From: Deltaproteobacteria bacterium
GTDB taxonomy: Bacteria > Desulfobacterota > Desulfobulbia > Desulfobulbales > SURF-16
Assembly (NCBI GenBank): GCA_029933005.1
Contig: JAOZOY010000005.1
Span: forward strand, 10,940-74,939
DNA length: 64,000 bases
Direction of reading: 5' to 3'
The position numbers and the translations under genes were made by a program. Positions 19,586-29,374 of this stretch are shown one piece after another; position 1 is the stretch's first letter, and each line of letters opens with the position of its first letter. The notes beneath the pieces are model-generated. The model saw only the letters and a list, made by a program, of their open reading frames with translations, did not search any database and was not told where the DNA came from.

Positions 19586-20176
19586 GTGCGAATTTCAGAC
19601 AAACACCAGAAAATTACCCAGGCGGCAATTAAAGTTTTTGCCCGTAAGGGCTTTTTTAATGCCAGGATATCTGATATTGCCAAAGAAGCCAAGGTCGCGG
19701 ACGGCACCATCTATCTCTACTTTAACAACAAGTACGATATCCTCATTTCCATGTTTGAGGATGAGATCGGCAAAATCATCCTGCAAGTCAGACTATTGAT
19801 TGACCAGGAAGAGGACCCTCGCAAGATGATGGAAATTTTTGCCTTGAATCATCTTCAGCTGATTGAGGAAAAAAGGAACCTTGCGGAAGTGCTGCAGATG
19901 GAGCTGCGGCAGAGTAATAAATTTATGAAGGAATATCGAAATAAAAAATTCATCGAATATATCGATATCATTTCTACAATTGTGCGCAAGGGACAGAAAA
20001 TGGGACTATTCAGTACGAAACTTCTCCCCGGCATCATCAAATGCGCTTATTTTGGCGCTCTGGACGAAATGTCACGGCAGTGGCTTCTGACCCGGAAGCC
20101 TCCTTATTCAATTAAGGAAGCCGCCAGACAGGTCAGCGACACGTTCCTTCATGGAATGATGACGCGACCAATGTGA
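19586..20176 (+). CDS. TetR/AcrR family transcriptional regulator (GTG start)
   Basis: N-terminal HTH 'ITQAAIKVFARKGFFNARISDIAKEAKVADGTIYLYFNNK'. Confidence 0.88.
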   Translation: MRISDKHQKITQAAIKVFARKGFFNARISDIAKEAKVADGTIYLYFNNKYDILISMFEDEIGKIILQVRLLIDQEEDPRKMMEIFALNHLQLIEEKRNLAEVLQMELRQSNKFMKEYRNKKFIEYIDIISTIVRKGQKMGLFSTKLLPGIIKCAYFGALDEMSRQWLLTRKPPYSIKEAARQVSDTFLHGMMTRPM

Positions 20177-20207
20177 CAGGAGACGATCAAGACATTACCA
20201 ATTTGTT

Positions 20208-20693
20208 TCAGGGCCTTTCTCCCTTAGCAATCTCAAGTACCTCCAACTGCCGTACGCCGCCCGGGGTATGCACCTCAAACTCGTCTCCAACTTCTTTGCC
20301 GATCATCGCCTTGCCCCAGGGAGAAAAAATTGAGATCCTACCCTTCTTGACATCCGACTCTTCTCCTCCAAGAAGTTGATATGTCACTTCCTCATCACTG
20401 TCAAAATCAACAAGCGTCACAACTGTGCCAAACACAATGCGATCAGTACTGACCGCAGTGCAGTCAATCACCTGGGCCCGGCCAAGCTTGTCTTTCAGCT
20501 CCATTATCCTGCCTTCAATATGGCCCTGGCGCTCCTTGGCGGCGTGATATTCGGCATTTTCCTTTAAATCTCCATGCGCCCTGGCCACCTCAATGGACTT
20601 GACCACCTCAATGCGATCTTTTCTTTCCAACCGGCTCAACTCCTTGCGTAATTTTTCATGTCCGGTTTTTGATATGGGTACGCGTTCGATCAT
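20208..20693 (-). CDS. greA: Transcription elongation factor GreA
   Basis: 'AHGDLKENAEYHAAKERQ' and overall GreA length and architecture. Confidence 0.93.
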   Translation of the reverse strand: MIERVPISKTGHEKLRKELSRLERKDRIEVVKSIEVARAHGDLKENAEYHAAKERQGHIEGRIMELKDKLGRAQVIDCTAVSTDRIVFGTVVTLVDFDSDEEVTYQLLGGEESDVKKGRISIFSPWGKAMIGKEVGDEFEVHTPGGVRQLEVLEIAKGERP

Positions 20694-20715
20694 TTATTTC
20701 TCCTTCAATATTTTT

Positions 20716-20781
20716 GAACCACGAATGAACAACAATAAGCACGAATAAAAATCAGTGTAAATTTGTATCTATTCGTGGTTC
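20716..20781. repeat. Inverted copies of an 11-mer, GAACCACGAAT
   Basis: gaaccacgaat at 20716-20726 and its complement attcgtggttc at 20771-20781. A third direct copy lies at 15938-15948. Confidence 0.7.
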
Positions 20782-20812
20782 CTTACAATCGTGTCAACAA
20801 AGTCTATTTTTT

Positions 20813-23800
20813 TCACCAGCGATAAATTGTTGAGACAAAAAAATCTTTATTACGAAGCTCATCCGAGGAAACGAATTCAAGAGTTGATTCAACCATGACA
20901 TGGGGAGTTAATTCCACAAAGAAACCACCCCTTAAAGTCTGTATGGAATGGCCGAGAGCATCATAATCGACCAGATATTCAGCCGTATAATAGGTTGGCG
21001 TTCCCCGATCAAGAGTATCCTCGGACAGAGAATGTTTGAAAAAAAGTTTAAAACGGTTGCACCAGTAATTTTGCGGCGACCAGTAAGGATAATCAGAGGG
21101 ACTGAAACCATCTTCAAGAATTACCGATCCAGGATTTTTTCCCTCACTGGCGTCCATAAAATCATAAAGATAGCCGAACTCCAAAAACGTCGGCTCAGCC
21201 AGAATAATGTATGAAGCCCAGAGATTATATCCATTAAGTTCATTTCCATCCGAGTAATTGGTATATCTGTATTCGCCCCCGGCAAGAAGACGGGGAAAAA
21301 GATCAAAATCAACACCGGTCTTCCATTCCTCGGCGACCACATTTCTTCTTAGGCTGGCTGTTGTATCAGTTACAACATCTCGAAAAAACAGAAAATGTCC
21401 CCGCAGCTTATCTCCAAGGCGACCATACAAGCCCAGATCCAACAATCCAGTATCGTCACAACCTTCAAGACTTTCCACTCCTCCACCCACCATCACATCA
21501 AGCCAGTCGGAAAGACCGGTCCGATAAGTCAGCAGAGCCCGACTTGCCTTGAGTTTTCCGTATCCTTCCGTTGATTCATAACTGATTCTGGAGGCTGAAA
21601 AATCGATTTGCCGACGAATGGTCGGTGAATACCAGAAAGAGGCTGTTGCGGATTCCTGTTCCATGGCCAGATAGTTATCCCACCCCTCTTCTTTGCGGAA
21701 ATGATAGGTTAATGCCGTGCGGGGCTGCCTTTTTAAACGATTTCGTTCAGCGGCCTCATCAAGCCCCGGAAAACCGACTGAACGCATAAGTTTTGCGTAG
21801 ACAAGAGCCTCATCGTCCAGACGGCCGAGTCGGCTGTATATTCCAGCCAGATCAAAAAGAAGTGCGTCATCATCCGGCTCTTCCCGCACAAGGGCTTCAT
21901 GCTCCAGGACAGCCTGGAAATATTCCCTTCTCTGCACGGATTTTTTCGCCGCAAGTTCCCTGGAGAATTTTTCCTGCCAGCGGTATGTGCTATAAAGGGG
22001 GGCGGCGATCCTGCTGACTGCATCATTTCTCGCGTCAGCCACATAGGAAACTCCCATGACCGTTGTCAGAATATCTGTTTCACGGGGGTTGGAAAAAGAA
22101 ATCAGCTGCCAGAATGTTTTCTTTTTCTCCGGGAACTGCAGCTCCAGATGATGTTCATTGCTTGCCTTGATAAATAGATCATCCACCGGGGGTGATAAAA
22201 AAATCCTATAGGCTTCACGTGCGCGGTTCCATTCATGCCTGGCCCATAAAATACGGGCCTTGAGCAGAAGAATATCCGGCCGATGCGAAACTTGTGCCAG
22301 AAGCCGGTCACATACCTCGAGTCCCTCCGGATAGGCTCCCGTACGAAAAAACACCCGGGCGGCCAGAGTCTCCACCTGTAGATTTACAGAAAAATGTTTT
22401 CGAAGCTGTTCAAGTAAAGGAACTGTTTTTGCAAATGAACCTGCTTTTATCAAAGACCGGTAATGAAGTAAAGACGCTTTGAGGGAGTTGGGCAGGGCCT
22501 GTTCAGCCTGCTCTGCCGCCCTAACCATTGAATCATAATTCTCAGCAGCGCCATAGAGTTCAGTCAGCTCCAGCATTCTAGCCGCATCTTTTCCGGCCAG
22601 CGCCATGGCCTTGGCCTCGGTTTCATCTTGCCCGGCCAACCGCGCGATATGCTGAACTTTTTGCAGTAATACCAAAGGCGCAAGTTCGGCCTGATACTGC
22701 TGAACCAGCCGGCGACAATTCCATTCTGCAGACTTAAATCTTTTCAGTTCAACCTCGCATTGAACTATTTCAAGGCCAATGGCCAGACGGGCCATATCCC
22801 ACTCTCGATCAAAACCGGGAGCATCGGTCCGCAGCGATGAAGAGGCTAACAAATCTCGGCCCAGAGTAAGAGAGGCGCGATACTCATTTTCGCTGGACAA
22901 AAGACGCATCTTCAACAAAACTTTGCGCCAGTCATCATCCTCAACCTCACCCTCGGCTCCGGAACGGGCATCCTTGATCTGACGCAGTTGTTCCAGCCAG
23001 AATTCGACATGATCCGCATCAGCTGCAGCCAGTCCAAGCTCAGCCAGACGCAGGTACACCGTTTCCTGATCCCGGCGGACAAGAAGGGCCAGGCGCAGAT
23101 ATTGTTCCGCCTCAAAAAACAATTCTTGTCGCTGGTACAGTTCAGACATGGCCATCAAAGTCTGCTGGCGGCAATCCGCATTGATGACAGCCTGATCATC
23201 AAGAAGAAAACGATAAATTCGCAAGGCAGACTGATCCTCGCCGCTATCTCGATATCCATTGGCGACAATAAGCCTGTCCTGCCAATCAGGATGTGACTCC
23301 CAGCTCATCAACCGGTTTTCATATGTGCGAACCTTGGTCACAATCCCCAGCCTCCCGGCCAGGACAATACACTGACAAAGGATTTGACGGTTATGCGGAT
23401 CAAGCTGCAGAGCCTCTTCATAGTTCAATAGAGATTCCTCAAGCCTGCCAAGTTTTTCAAAAACAGAACCCCGCAAGGCAAGAAGATCCGGCTCAAGCAG
23501 AATCTTCCGCTCAAGTTCGCTGAAAAGTTTCTCCCCCGGGCCATACAGGCCCCGTTTGAAATAAAGGGCGGTGAGCTTCAGGGACACCCGGCTGTCATCA
23601 GGAATAAGTTGATGCAGCTCCTTGAGAGCCGCCAACAATTCATCCTCCCTGTTTAATCGCTCCAGCAGTTCGACCATGGAGATGTACACATCCTGGCGTT
23701 GGGGAGCCAATGTGGCAAGATGGGTCCACATGGTCAAGGCCCCGTCATCATCACCGATTGCAAGAAGATCGTCAGCCAGGGTAGCAAGAATTTCAGGATC

Positions 23801-25009
23801 ATCAGGAGACATTCTCAACAGACGCTGATACATCGGAATCGCATCATGAAACCGTCCGGCGGCATCGTAAAGTATAGCCGCCCGCTTGAGCCAGCCAGGC
23901 TCAGGAGTCATTTCAACAGTAAAATAACGCTCCAGAGATGCCAGTGTTTCGGTCTCATTGCCCAGCGCTGCCTGGAGGTAGACGACATCGCGCAAAATTT
24001 CTTTATCAGCAGGATGATATCTCAGATAATTTTCAAAACAGACAAGAGCCTCCTCATGCCGGCCAAGGGCCTGATGGGCTTTGCCTGCGCGGCGCAGCAA
24101 CGTGCTATCACCGGGCTGATTTTTTTGAAGAACGGCCAGATGCGTCAGGGACTCCTCTGGTCTGTTTTCTTTTTCAGCAAACAAAGCGAGCTGCTGATGC
24201 GCCTCCAGCATGCCCGGCGAGCTGGCAAGAACTCGCCGCCAATAGCGGGCGCCGATACTATCCTGGCCCAAAGAATCATGAATTCGTGCGGCCAGAACAA
24301 CATCCCGCAAATCAGCAGTCGACGCCTCAGCCAGCATCACCGCGTAAGGACGCGCCTTTTTATAGAGCTGCAAATCAAAATAAATATGTGCAAGTTGCCT
24401 GTCCACTTCAATATCTTCTGGCACCAGCAAGTCGAGTTTCTCCAGAAACGGCAGGGCGTCCTGTTGTCGTTCATCTCTAATCAACACCTGGGTGATGCCG
24501 ATCAAGGAAAGGACATTGACTGGATCAATCACATGCCCTCTCTGGAAATAGGCCAGGGCTCGCTCCCCATTGCCTTTTTTGAGCATCACATAGCCGAGAG
24601 CATTAAGATAAGAGACTTTGTCAGCCTTCTTTTCCAGCAGCAGCTCGAGCATGTCACCCGCCTTGTCCATCTGTCGGAGATTGATTCTGAGACGTATAAG
24701 CTCCCATTGGGCCTCTTCAAGATTCTTTTTTTCTCGCAGCACAGCCTCATACTTCGTGACAGCCTCCTCAGTTCTGCCTTCCTGAACAGCCTGGCGGGCA
24801 GATAACCACAATTCAAGCCAGGCAGGCTTGGGCTGATCGAGCTGGCGCACCAGTGCTGACGGCGCCGCAAAGACCTGATAATAATCATCCAGGGACAAGG
24901 CCAGAACCTTCGAACCTGTAAGAGTCAAAAAACAAAACACAAGCAGGAACAGTTTCAAGGTTCCGGCCTGTGTCTTGCTGAAGACGAACTTGTTGTTTTT
25001 TAATTTCAC
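20813..25009 (-). CDS. Giant TPR-repeat protein with a signal peptide and a C-terminal outer-membrane beta-barrel-like domain (BcsC/PgaA-like architecture)
   Basis: 1398 aa with a GTG start and an N-terminal hydrophobic leader. About 1000 aa are TPR-like helical repeats. The C-terminal ~350 aa have alternating aromatic/polar strands and end in '...STIYRW'. Confidence 0.7.
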   Translation of the reverse strand: MKLKNNKFVFSKTQAGTLKLFLLVFCFLTLTGSKVLALSLDDYYQVFAAPSALVRQLDQPKPAWLELWLSARQAVQEGRTEEAVTKYEAVLREKKNLEEAQWELIRLRINLRQMDKAGDMLELLLEKKADKVSYLNALGYVMLKKGNGERALAYFQRGHVIDPVNVLSLIGITQVLIRDERQQDALPFLEKLDLLVPEDIEVDRQLAHIYFDLQLYKKARPYAVMLAEASTADLRDVVLAARIHDSLGQDSIGARYWRRVLASSPGMLEAHQQLALFAEKENRPEESLTHLAVLQKNQPGDSTLLRRAGKAHQALGRHEEALVCFENYLRYHPADKEILRDVVYLQAALGNETETLASLERYFTVEMTPEPGWLKRAAILYDAAGRFHDAIPMYQRLLRMSPDDPEILATLADDLLAIGDDDGALTMWTHLATLAPQRQDVYISMVELLERLNREDELLAALKELHQLIPDDSRVSLKLTALYFKRGLYGPGEKLFSELERKILLEPDLLALRGSVFEKLGRLEESLLNYEEALQLDPHNRQILCQCIVLAGRLGIVTKVRTYENRLMSWESHPDWQDRLIVANGYRDSGEDQSALRIYRFLLDDQAVINADCRQQTLMAMSELYQRQELFFEAEQYLRLALLVRRDQETVYLRLAELGLAAADADHVEFWLEQLRQIKDARSGAEGEVEDDDWRKVLLKMRLLSSENEYRASLTLGRDLLASSSLRTDAPGFDREWDMARLAIGLEIVQCEVELKRFKSAEWNCRRLVQQYQAELAPLVLLQKVQHIARLAGQDETEAKAMALAGKDAARMLELTELYGAAENYDSMVRAAEQAEQALPNSLKASLLHYRSLIKAGSFAKTVPLLEQLRKHFSVNLQVETLAARVFFRTGAYPEGLEVCDRLLAQVSHRPDILLLKARILWARHEWNRAREAYRIFLSPPVDDLFIKASNEHHLELQFPEKKKTFWQLISFSNPRETDILTTVMGVSYVADARNDAVSRIAAPLYSTYRWQEKFSRELAAKKSVQRREYFQAVLEHEALVREEPDDDALLFDLAGIYSRLGRLDDEALVYAKLMRSVGFPGLDEAAERNRLKRQPRTALTYHFRKEEGWDNYLAMEQESATASFWYSPTIRRQIDFSASRISYESTEGYGKLKASRALLTYRTGLSDWLDVMVGGGVESLEGCDDTGLLDLGLYGRLGDKLRGHFLFFRDVVTDTTASLRRNVVAEEWKTGVDFDLFPRLLAGGEYRYTNYSDGNELNGYNLWASYIILAEPTFLEFGYLYDFMDASEGKNPGSVILEDGFSPSDYPYWSPQNYWCNRFKLFFKHSLSEDTLDRGTPTYYTAEYLVDYDALGHSIQTLRGGFFVELTPHVMVESTLEFVSSDELRNKDFFVSTIYRW

Positions 25010-25046
25010 ATCATAAAAAAACGAGCTGTATTGAAGAGATAAATTT

Positions 25047-26234
25047 TCATGAATAAAATTTCTTGATGCGGCTGACCACGTATTCCTGCATTCCGGCAGT
25101 CAATTCGGAATAAATCGGCAGGGCCAGAGTTTCAGCGGCCGCCCTTTCCGCCTCGGGAAAGGAAAGATCCCCGCAGCCAAGATGACTGATACATTTCTGC
25201 TTATGCAGGGGAACAGGATAATAAATTTCCACACCAATAGAATGATCAGCAAGAAAGCGGAGCAAACGGTCTCTGTCCCGCGTCCGGAGCACATATTGAT
25301 TATAAATATGGAAATCAACTTCAGTCTTTTCCTTGCCGGCTTCTTCTCGGTAAACAGCCGTCGGGGTTTCAATAACTCCAGCGTCAAGCAGACCGGCTTC
25401 CTGAAACAATTTATTATAACGGGCCGCATTTCGACGACGGGCCATATGCCAGGCCGGCAGGTGTTGCAATTTAACTCGAAGAATAGCGGCCTGCAAAGCA
25501 TCAAGACGAAAATTGCCACCAATGACGGCATGATAATATTTCGGATCGGCGCCATGATTTCGGAGAATCGTTAATTTTTTGGCAAGCTTTTCATCGTTGG
25601 TGACGACCATTCCACCGTCTCCCATACACCCCAGATTCTTGCTGGGAAAAAAGGAAAAGCAACCGGCGGCGCCAATGGCTCCGGCCTTTCGCCAGACCGT
25701 TTGGCCATTTTCCATCATCGGGCAGACGGAACCGATGGCCTGGGCGGCATCTTCCAGCACCGGAATTCGGTTTTCACCGGCCATGGCCATGAGGCGATCC
25801 ATGTCCGCGCATTGGCCATAAAGATGAACCGGCAAAATAACTTTGATTTTTTCCCTGATTTTCCTGTCGGCCAGAACCTCGCCAAGGCGGTCAGGATCAA
25901 GATTAAAGGTAACCGGATCAATATCGACAAAAAACGGTTGCGCCCCGAGCCGCAGAACACTGCCCATGGTGGCGAAAAAACTATAGGGGGTTGTAACGAC
26001 CAGATCACCAGGACCGACTCCCAGGGCCATCAACGAAGCGAGCAGGGCATCCGTACCGCTTGCCACACCAACGCCGAACCCGGACCGGCAATAATCGGCA
26101 ATTTCCTGTTCCAGACCCTCAACTTCCGGCCCCAGGATATAACGGGTGGAATCAACAACAGCGGTTATTTTTTCCAGAATTTCAGCACGTAATGGTTCAA
26201 GCTGTGCATTTAAATCAAGTAATGGTACGTTCAT
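25047..26234 (-). CDS. DegT/DnrJ/EryC1/StrS-family PLP-dependent sugar aminotransferase
   Basis: 'GTDALLASLMALGV' and 'FSFFPSKNLG' (the PLP-lysine region). Confidence 0.88.
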   Translation of the reverse strand: MNVPLLDLNAQLEPLRAEILEKITAVVDSTRYILGPEVEGLEQEIADYCRSGFGVGVASGTDALLASLMALGVGPGDLVVTTPYSFFATMGSVLRLGAQPFFVDIDPVTFNLDPDRLGEVLADRKIREKIKVILPVHLYGQCADMDRLMAMAGENRIPVLEDAAQAIGSVCPMMENGQTVWRKAGAIGAAGCFSFFPSKNLGCMGDGGMVVTNDEKLAKKLTILRNHGADPKYYHAVIGGNFRLDALQAAILRVKLQHLPAWHMARRRNAARYNKLFQEAGLLDAGVIETPTAVYREEAGKEKTEVDFHIYNQYVLRTRDRDRLLRFLADHSIGVEIYYPVPLHKQKCISHLGCGDLSFPEAERAAAETLALPIYSELTAGMQEYVVSRIKKFYS

Positions 26235-26310
26235 TATTTTATCAAAAGTTAAATTTAAGATGCGAGATCAATGCCCGATGCCCTTTTCCCTTCCCATGAG
26301 CCATCAGCCA

Positions 26311-27333
26311 TCAAGCTTGCCACTGGTGAAAAACCTGATCAAGAAAATACTTTATATCCGGGATTTCCTGTTCAAGATATTTTTTCATTTTTTTCAGGAG
26401 ATTCGCCTCAATCTGTCTGACTCTTTCCCTGGAGATACTGTATTGATCGGCAATTACCTGCAATGTCAGTGGATCATCGCTCAACAGCCGTGAGACGAGA
26501 ATCGTTTTTTCTTTGTCGTTCAATGACTCTTTCAGTTTTTCAAGAATTTGGTTTAATCTCTCTTTTACCTCAATATCCGCTACATTTTCTTCAACGGATG
26601 GGCCCGTGGAAGGAAGAAAACTTTTTTGGTCGTCATCAGAATCCTCACGAACAGGACTTTCCAGGGAGACATCCCAGTTGTCCATACGCTGACTCATTTC
26701 AATAACTTCGCGTTCCTTGACATTGAGACGCTCGGCCAGAAGCTTGGCATCAGGAGTGAAACCCTGGGACTCTAAAAGTTTTTTCTCTTTATTTAACCCA
26801 AAAAAAAGTTTTCTCTGGGCTTGGGTCGTGCCGATTTTAACCAGCCGCCAGTTATCCATGATATACTTGAGGATATAAGCTCGAATCCAGTAAGCGGCAT
26901 AGTAGGAAAATTTGACGCCGCGATACGGATCATACTTTTTCACCGCCTGAACCAGACCAACGTTGCCCTCCTGGATCAAATCAAGAAAATTCTGCATCCA
27001 ATATTTCTGAAAATCCATGGCGACTTTAACAACGAGACGAAGATTTGAGCTGACAAGCTTGTAGGCAGTTTCTGGATCGCCGGTTTTATTAAAATGGATG
27101 GCTAACTCATCGGTCTCCTCCCTGGTCAGGAGACGATGCTGGCTGATTTCCTGGAGATAGCGATGCAATGCCGGGTTGCTGACCGCCGGCAGATTTTTAT
27201 CATTAGGCAAAGCCACCAAGGCATGAAGCTTCTTGTCATCCTCATCAGGAGGCAGTATTTCTATCTTGTCATCCATGGAAGTTTTGGTGTCTTGCCTTGC
27301 CCCTGAAAGTTTGTCATAAAAACCATTTAACAA
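26311..27333 (-). CDS. rpoH: RNA polymerase sigma-32-like factor (RpoH); start uncertain (TTG at 27333 or ATG at 27276)
   Basis: Region 2 'GNVGLVQAVKKYDP', RpoH-box 'QRKLFFGL', region 4 'ISRERVRQIEANLLKKM'. Confidence 0.8.
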   Translation of the reverse strand: MLNGFYDKLSGARQDTKTSMDDKIEILPPDEDDKKLHALVALPNDKNLPAVSNPALHRYLQEISQHRLLTREETDELAIHFNKTGDPETAYKLVSSNLRLVVKVAMDFQKYWMQNFLDLIQEGNVGLVQAVKKYDPYRGVKFSYYAAYWIRAYILKYIMDNWRLVKIGTTQAQRKLFFGLNKEKKLLESQGFTPDAKLLAERLNVKEREVIEMSQRMDNWDVSLESPVREDSDDDQKSFLPSTGPSVEENVADIEVKERLNQILEKLKESLNDKEKTILVSRLLSDDPLTLQVIADQYSISRERVRQIEANLLKKMKKYLEQEIPDIKYFLDQVFHQWQA

Positions 27334-27433
27334 AATTGAATTTGACTCAAAATAACAAAATGATCATACTGCAATTTTCTCGTTTTTACGAGATCATCTT
27401 TTCGCAGTTTGTCGAAATGGCCGCCGTTTGCCC

Positions 27434-27462
27434 TTGACAAGCGCCTGCCGCCACTATATATG
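27434..27462 (+). promoter_or_regulatory. Sigma70-like promoter upstream of lepA
   Basis: TTGACA (27434-27439), a 17-nt spacer, then TATATG (27457-27462). Confidence 0.45.
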
Positions 27463-27541
27463 ATTATGACCTCAAAATGAGCCTGTTCATAATGTTTTTT
27501 TCATGGCGCCTCTGTTTCTTTGATTTTTTTTCTTAAAAAAA

Positions 27542-29338
27542 ATGAAAAATATCCGTAATTTCAGCATCATCGCCCATATTGACCATGGCAAATCCACCTT
27601 GGCTGACCGACTCATCCAGATCTGCAACATGGTGAGTGACCGTCAATTCAAGGATCAGATTCTTGATAATATGGATATTGAACGGGAGCGGGGCATCACC
27701 ATTAAAAGCCAGACGTTCTGTTTGCCTTACAAGGCAAAAGACGGGAAGGAATACATCCTGAACCTGGTCGACACCCCGGGCCATGTTGATTTCAGCTATG
27801 AAGTTGCACGGGCCCTTGACTCATGCGAAGGCGCTCTGCTCCTCATAGATGCCTCCCAGGGAATTGAGGCCCAGACCCTGGCCAATCTTTTTCTGGCCAT
27901 GGAAAGCGATCTTGAGATTATTCCGGTCATCAATAAAATTGATCTGCCCTCGGCCGATCCCGAGGCCGTTGCTTTACAAATTGAAGAGGACCTGGGTCTT
28001 GACGGTGAACTTATTCAGCAATGTTCCGCCAAGACTGGAGAAGGCGTCGACAATATTCTTGAAGCGATTGTCCGATATCTTCCGGAGCCGGAGGGGGATC
28101 CACAGGAGCCTCTCCAGGCCCTCATCTTTGATGCCAACTATGATTCATTCCGTGGAACGGTGATCTCCTGTCGGATTGTCAATGGTCGTGTCAAGGCCGG
28201 TGATACGATTGTTTTCATGTCCAATCAGGCCGAATACCGGGTTGAGGAGGTGGGTATTTTTCGTTTAACCCGTGAACCCGTAAAAGAGCTTCAGGCCGGC
28301 GAAATCGGTTATATCCTGGCTGGTGTAAAAACCGTCAGTGACACACGGGCCGGCGACACCATTACCTTGAAACAAAATCCCTGCTCTATAGCCCTGCCCG
28401 ACTTTAAACCAATACAGCAGGTGGTTTTTTCATCGATTTATCCCATCTCAACTGATGATTATGAAGACCTGACCGCAGCCCTGGAAAAACTAAAGCTAAA
28501 CGACGCCTCCCTGACCTTTCAAAAGGATTCTTCAAGCGCCCTGGGTTTTGGTTTTCGCTGCGGATTTCTGGGGCTCCTGCATCTGGAAGTTGTCCAGGAA
28601 AGACTGGAGCGTGAATTTGATATCCCGATTATTCTCACCGTACCGTCCGTTGTCTATCATTTTTATCTTCAGGACGGCACCATGAAGAAGATTGATAATC
28701 CGGCCTACTTTCCTGATCCGGCAGGAATCGATCGTACAGAGGAACCCTTTATCAAGGCCACCATCCATATGCCGGAACGCTACATGGGTTCCGTCATGAA
28801 CCTGTGCATGGAACGGCGGGGTGAAAATACCAATTACCACTATCCTATGCCCGGCCGGATCGAGTTCACCTGCGAACTGCCGCTGGCCGAGGTGATCTAT
28901 GATTTTTATGACAAGCTGAAATCCATCACCCAGGGCTATGGCTCCTTTGATTACGAGTTGCAGGACTACCGGCCCAGTGATCTGGTCAAGCTGGATATAC
29001 TGGTCAATGGCGAACGGGTGGACGCCCTTTCCCAGCTGGTTCACCGCGCGAATTCCAGGGCGCGGGGACTGCATGCCTGTGAACGTCTCAAGGAAGAAAT
29101 CCCGCGCCAGATGTTCAAGATCGCCATTCAGGGCGCCATTGGCGGCACCATAATTTCCAGGACAACTATTTCTGCTCTACGCAAGGATGTCACTGCCAAA
29201 TGCTACGGCGGTGACATCAGCCGAAAACGCAAGCTGCTGGAAAAACAGAAGGCCGGCAAGAAACGGATGAAGACCGTCGGCAATGTGGACATTCCCCAGA
29301 AGGCCTTTCTGGCCGTGTTAAAGTCCGATCAAGGCTAA
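27542..29338 (+). CDS. lepA: Translation elongation factor 4 (LepA)
   Basis: '[19 protein letters not shown]', '[10 protein letters not shown]', 'NKIDLP', and the LepA C-terminal domain. Confidence 0.95.
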   Translation: MKNIRNFSIIAHIDHGKSTLADRLIQICNMVSDRQFKDQILDNMDIERERGITIKSQTFCLPYKAKDGKEYILNLVDTPGHVDFSYEVARALDSCEGALLLIDASQGIEAQTLANLFLAMESDLEIIPVINKIDLPSADPEAVALQIEEDLGLDGELIQQCSAKTGEGVDNILEAIVRYLPEPEGDPQEPLQALIFDANYDSFRGTVISCRIVNGRVKAGDTIVFMSNQAEYRVEEVGIFRLTREPVKELQAGEIGYILAGVKTVSDTRAGDTITLKQNPCSIALPDFKPIQQVVFSSIYPISTDDYEDLTAALEKLKLNDASLTFQKDSSSALGFGFRCGFLGLLHLEVVQERLEREFDIPIILTVPSVVYHFYLQDGTMKKIDNPAYFPDPAGIDRTEEPFIKATIHMPERYMGSVMNLCMERRGENTNYHYPMPGRIEFTCELPLAEVIYDFYDKLKSITQGYGSFDYELQDYRPSDLVKLDILVNGERVDALSQLVHRANSRARGLHACERLKEEIPRQMFKIAIQGAIGGTIISRTTISALRKDVTAKCYGGDISRKRKLLEKQKAGKKRMKTVGNVDIPQKAFLAVLKSDQG

Positions 29339-29374
29339 GTTGGCGTTTAGCGGATGGCTGATGTCGTGGAATGA

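Noticed and set aside
23699-24805. 368-aa plus-strand ORF (and a 180-aa ORF at 23938-24480)
   Set aside because: They are antisense to the 1398-aa TPR gene, their products are low complexity, and no RBS is present.
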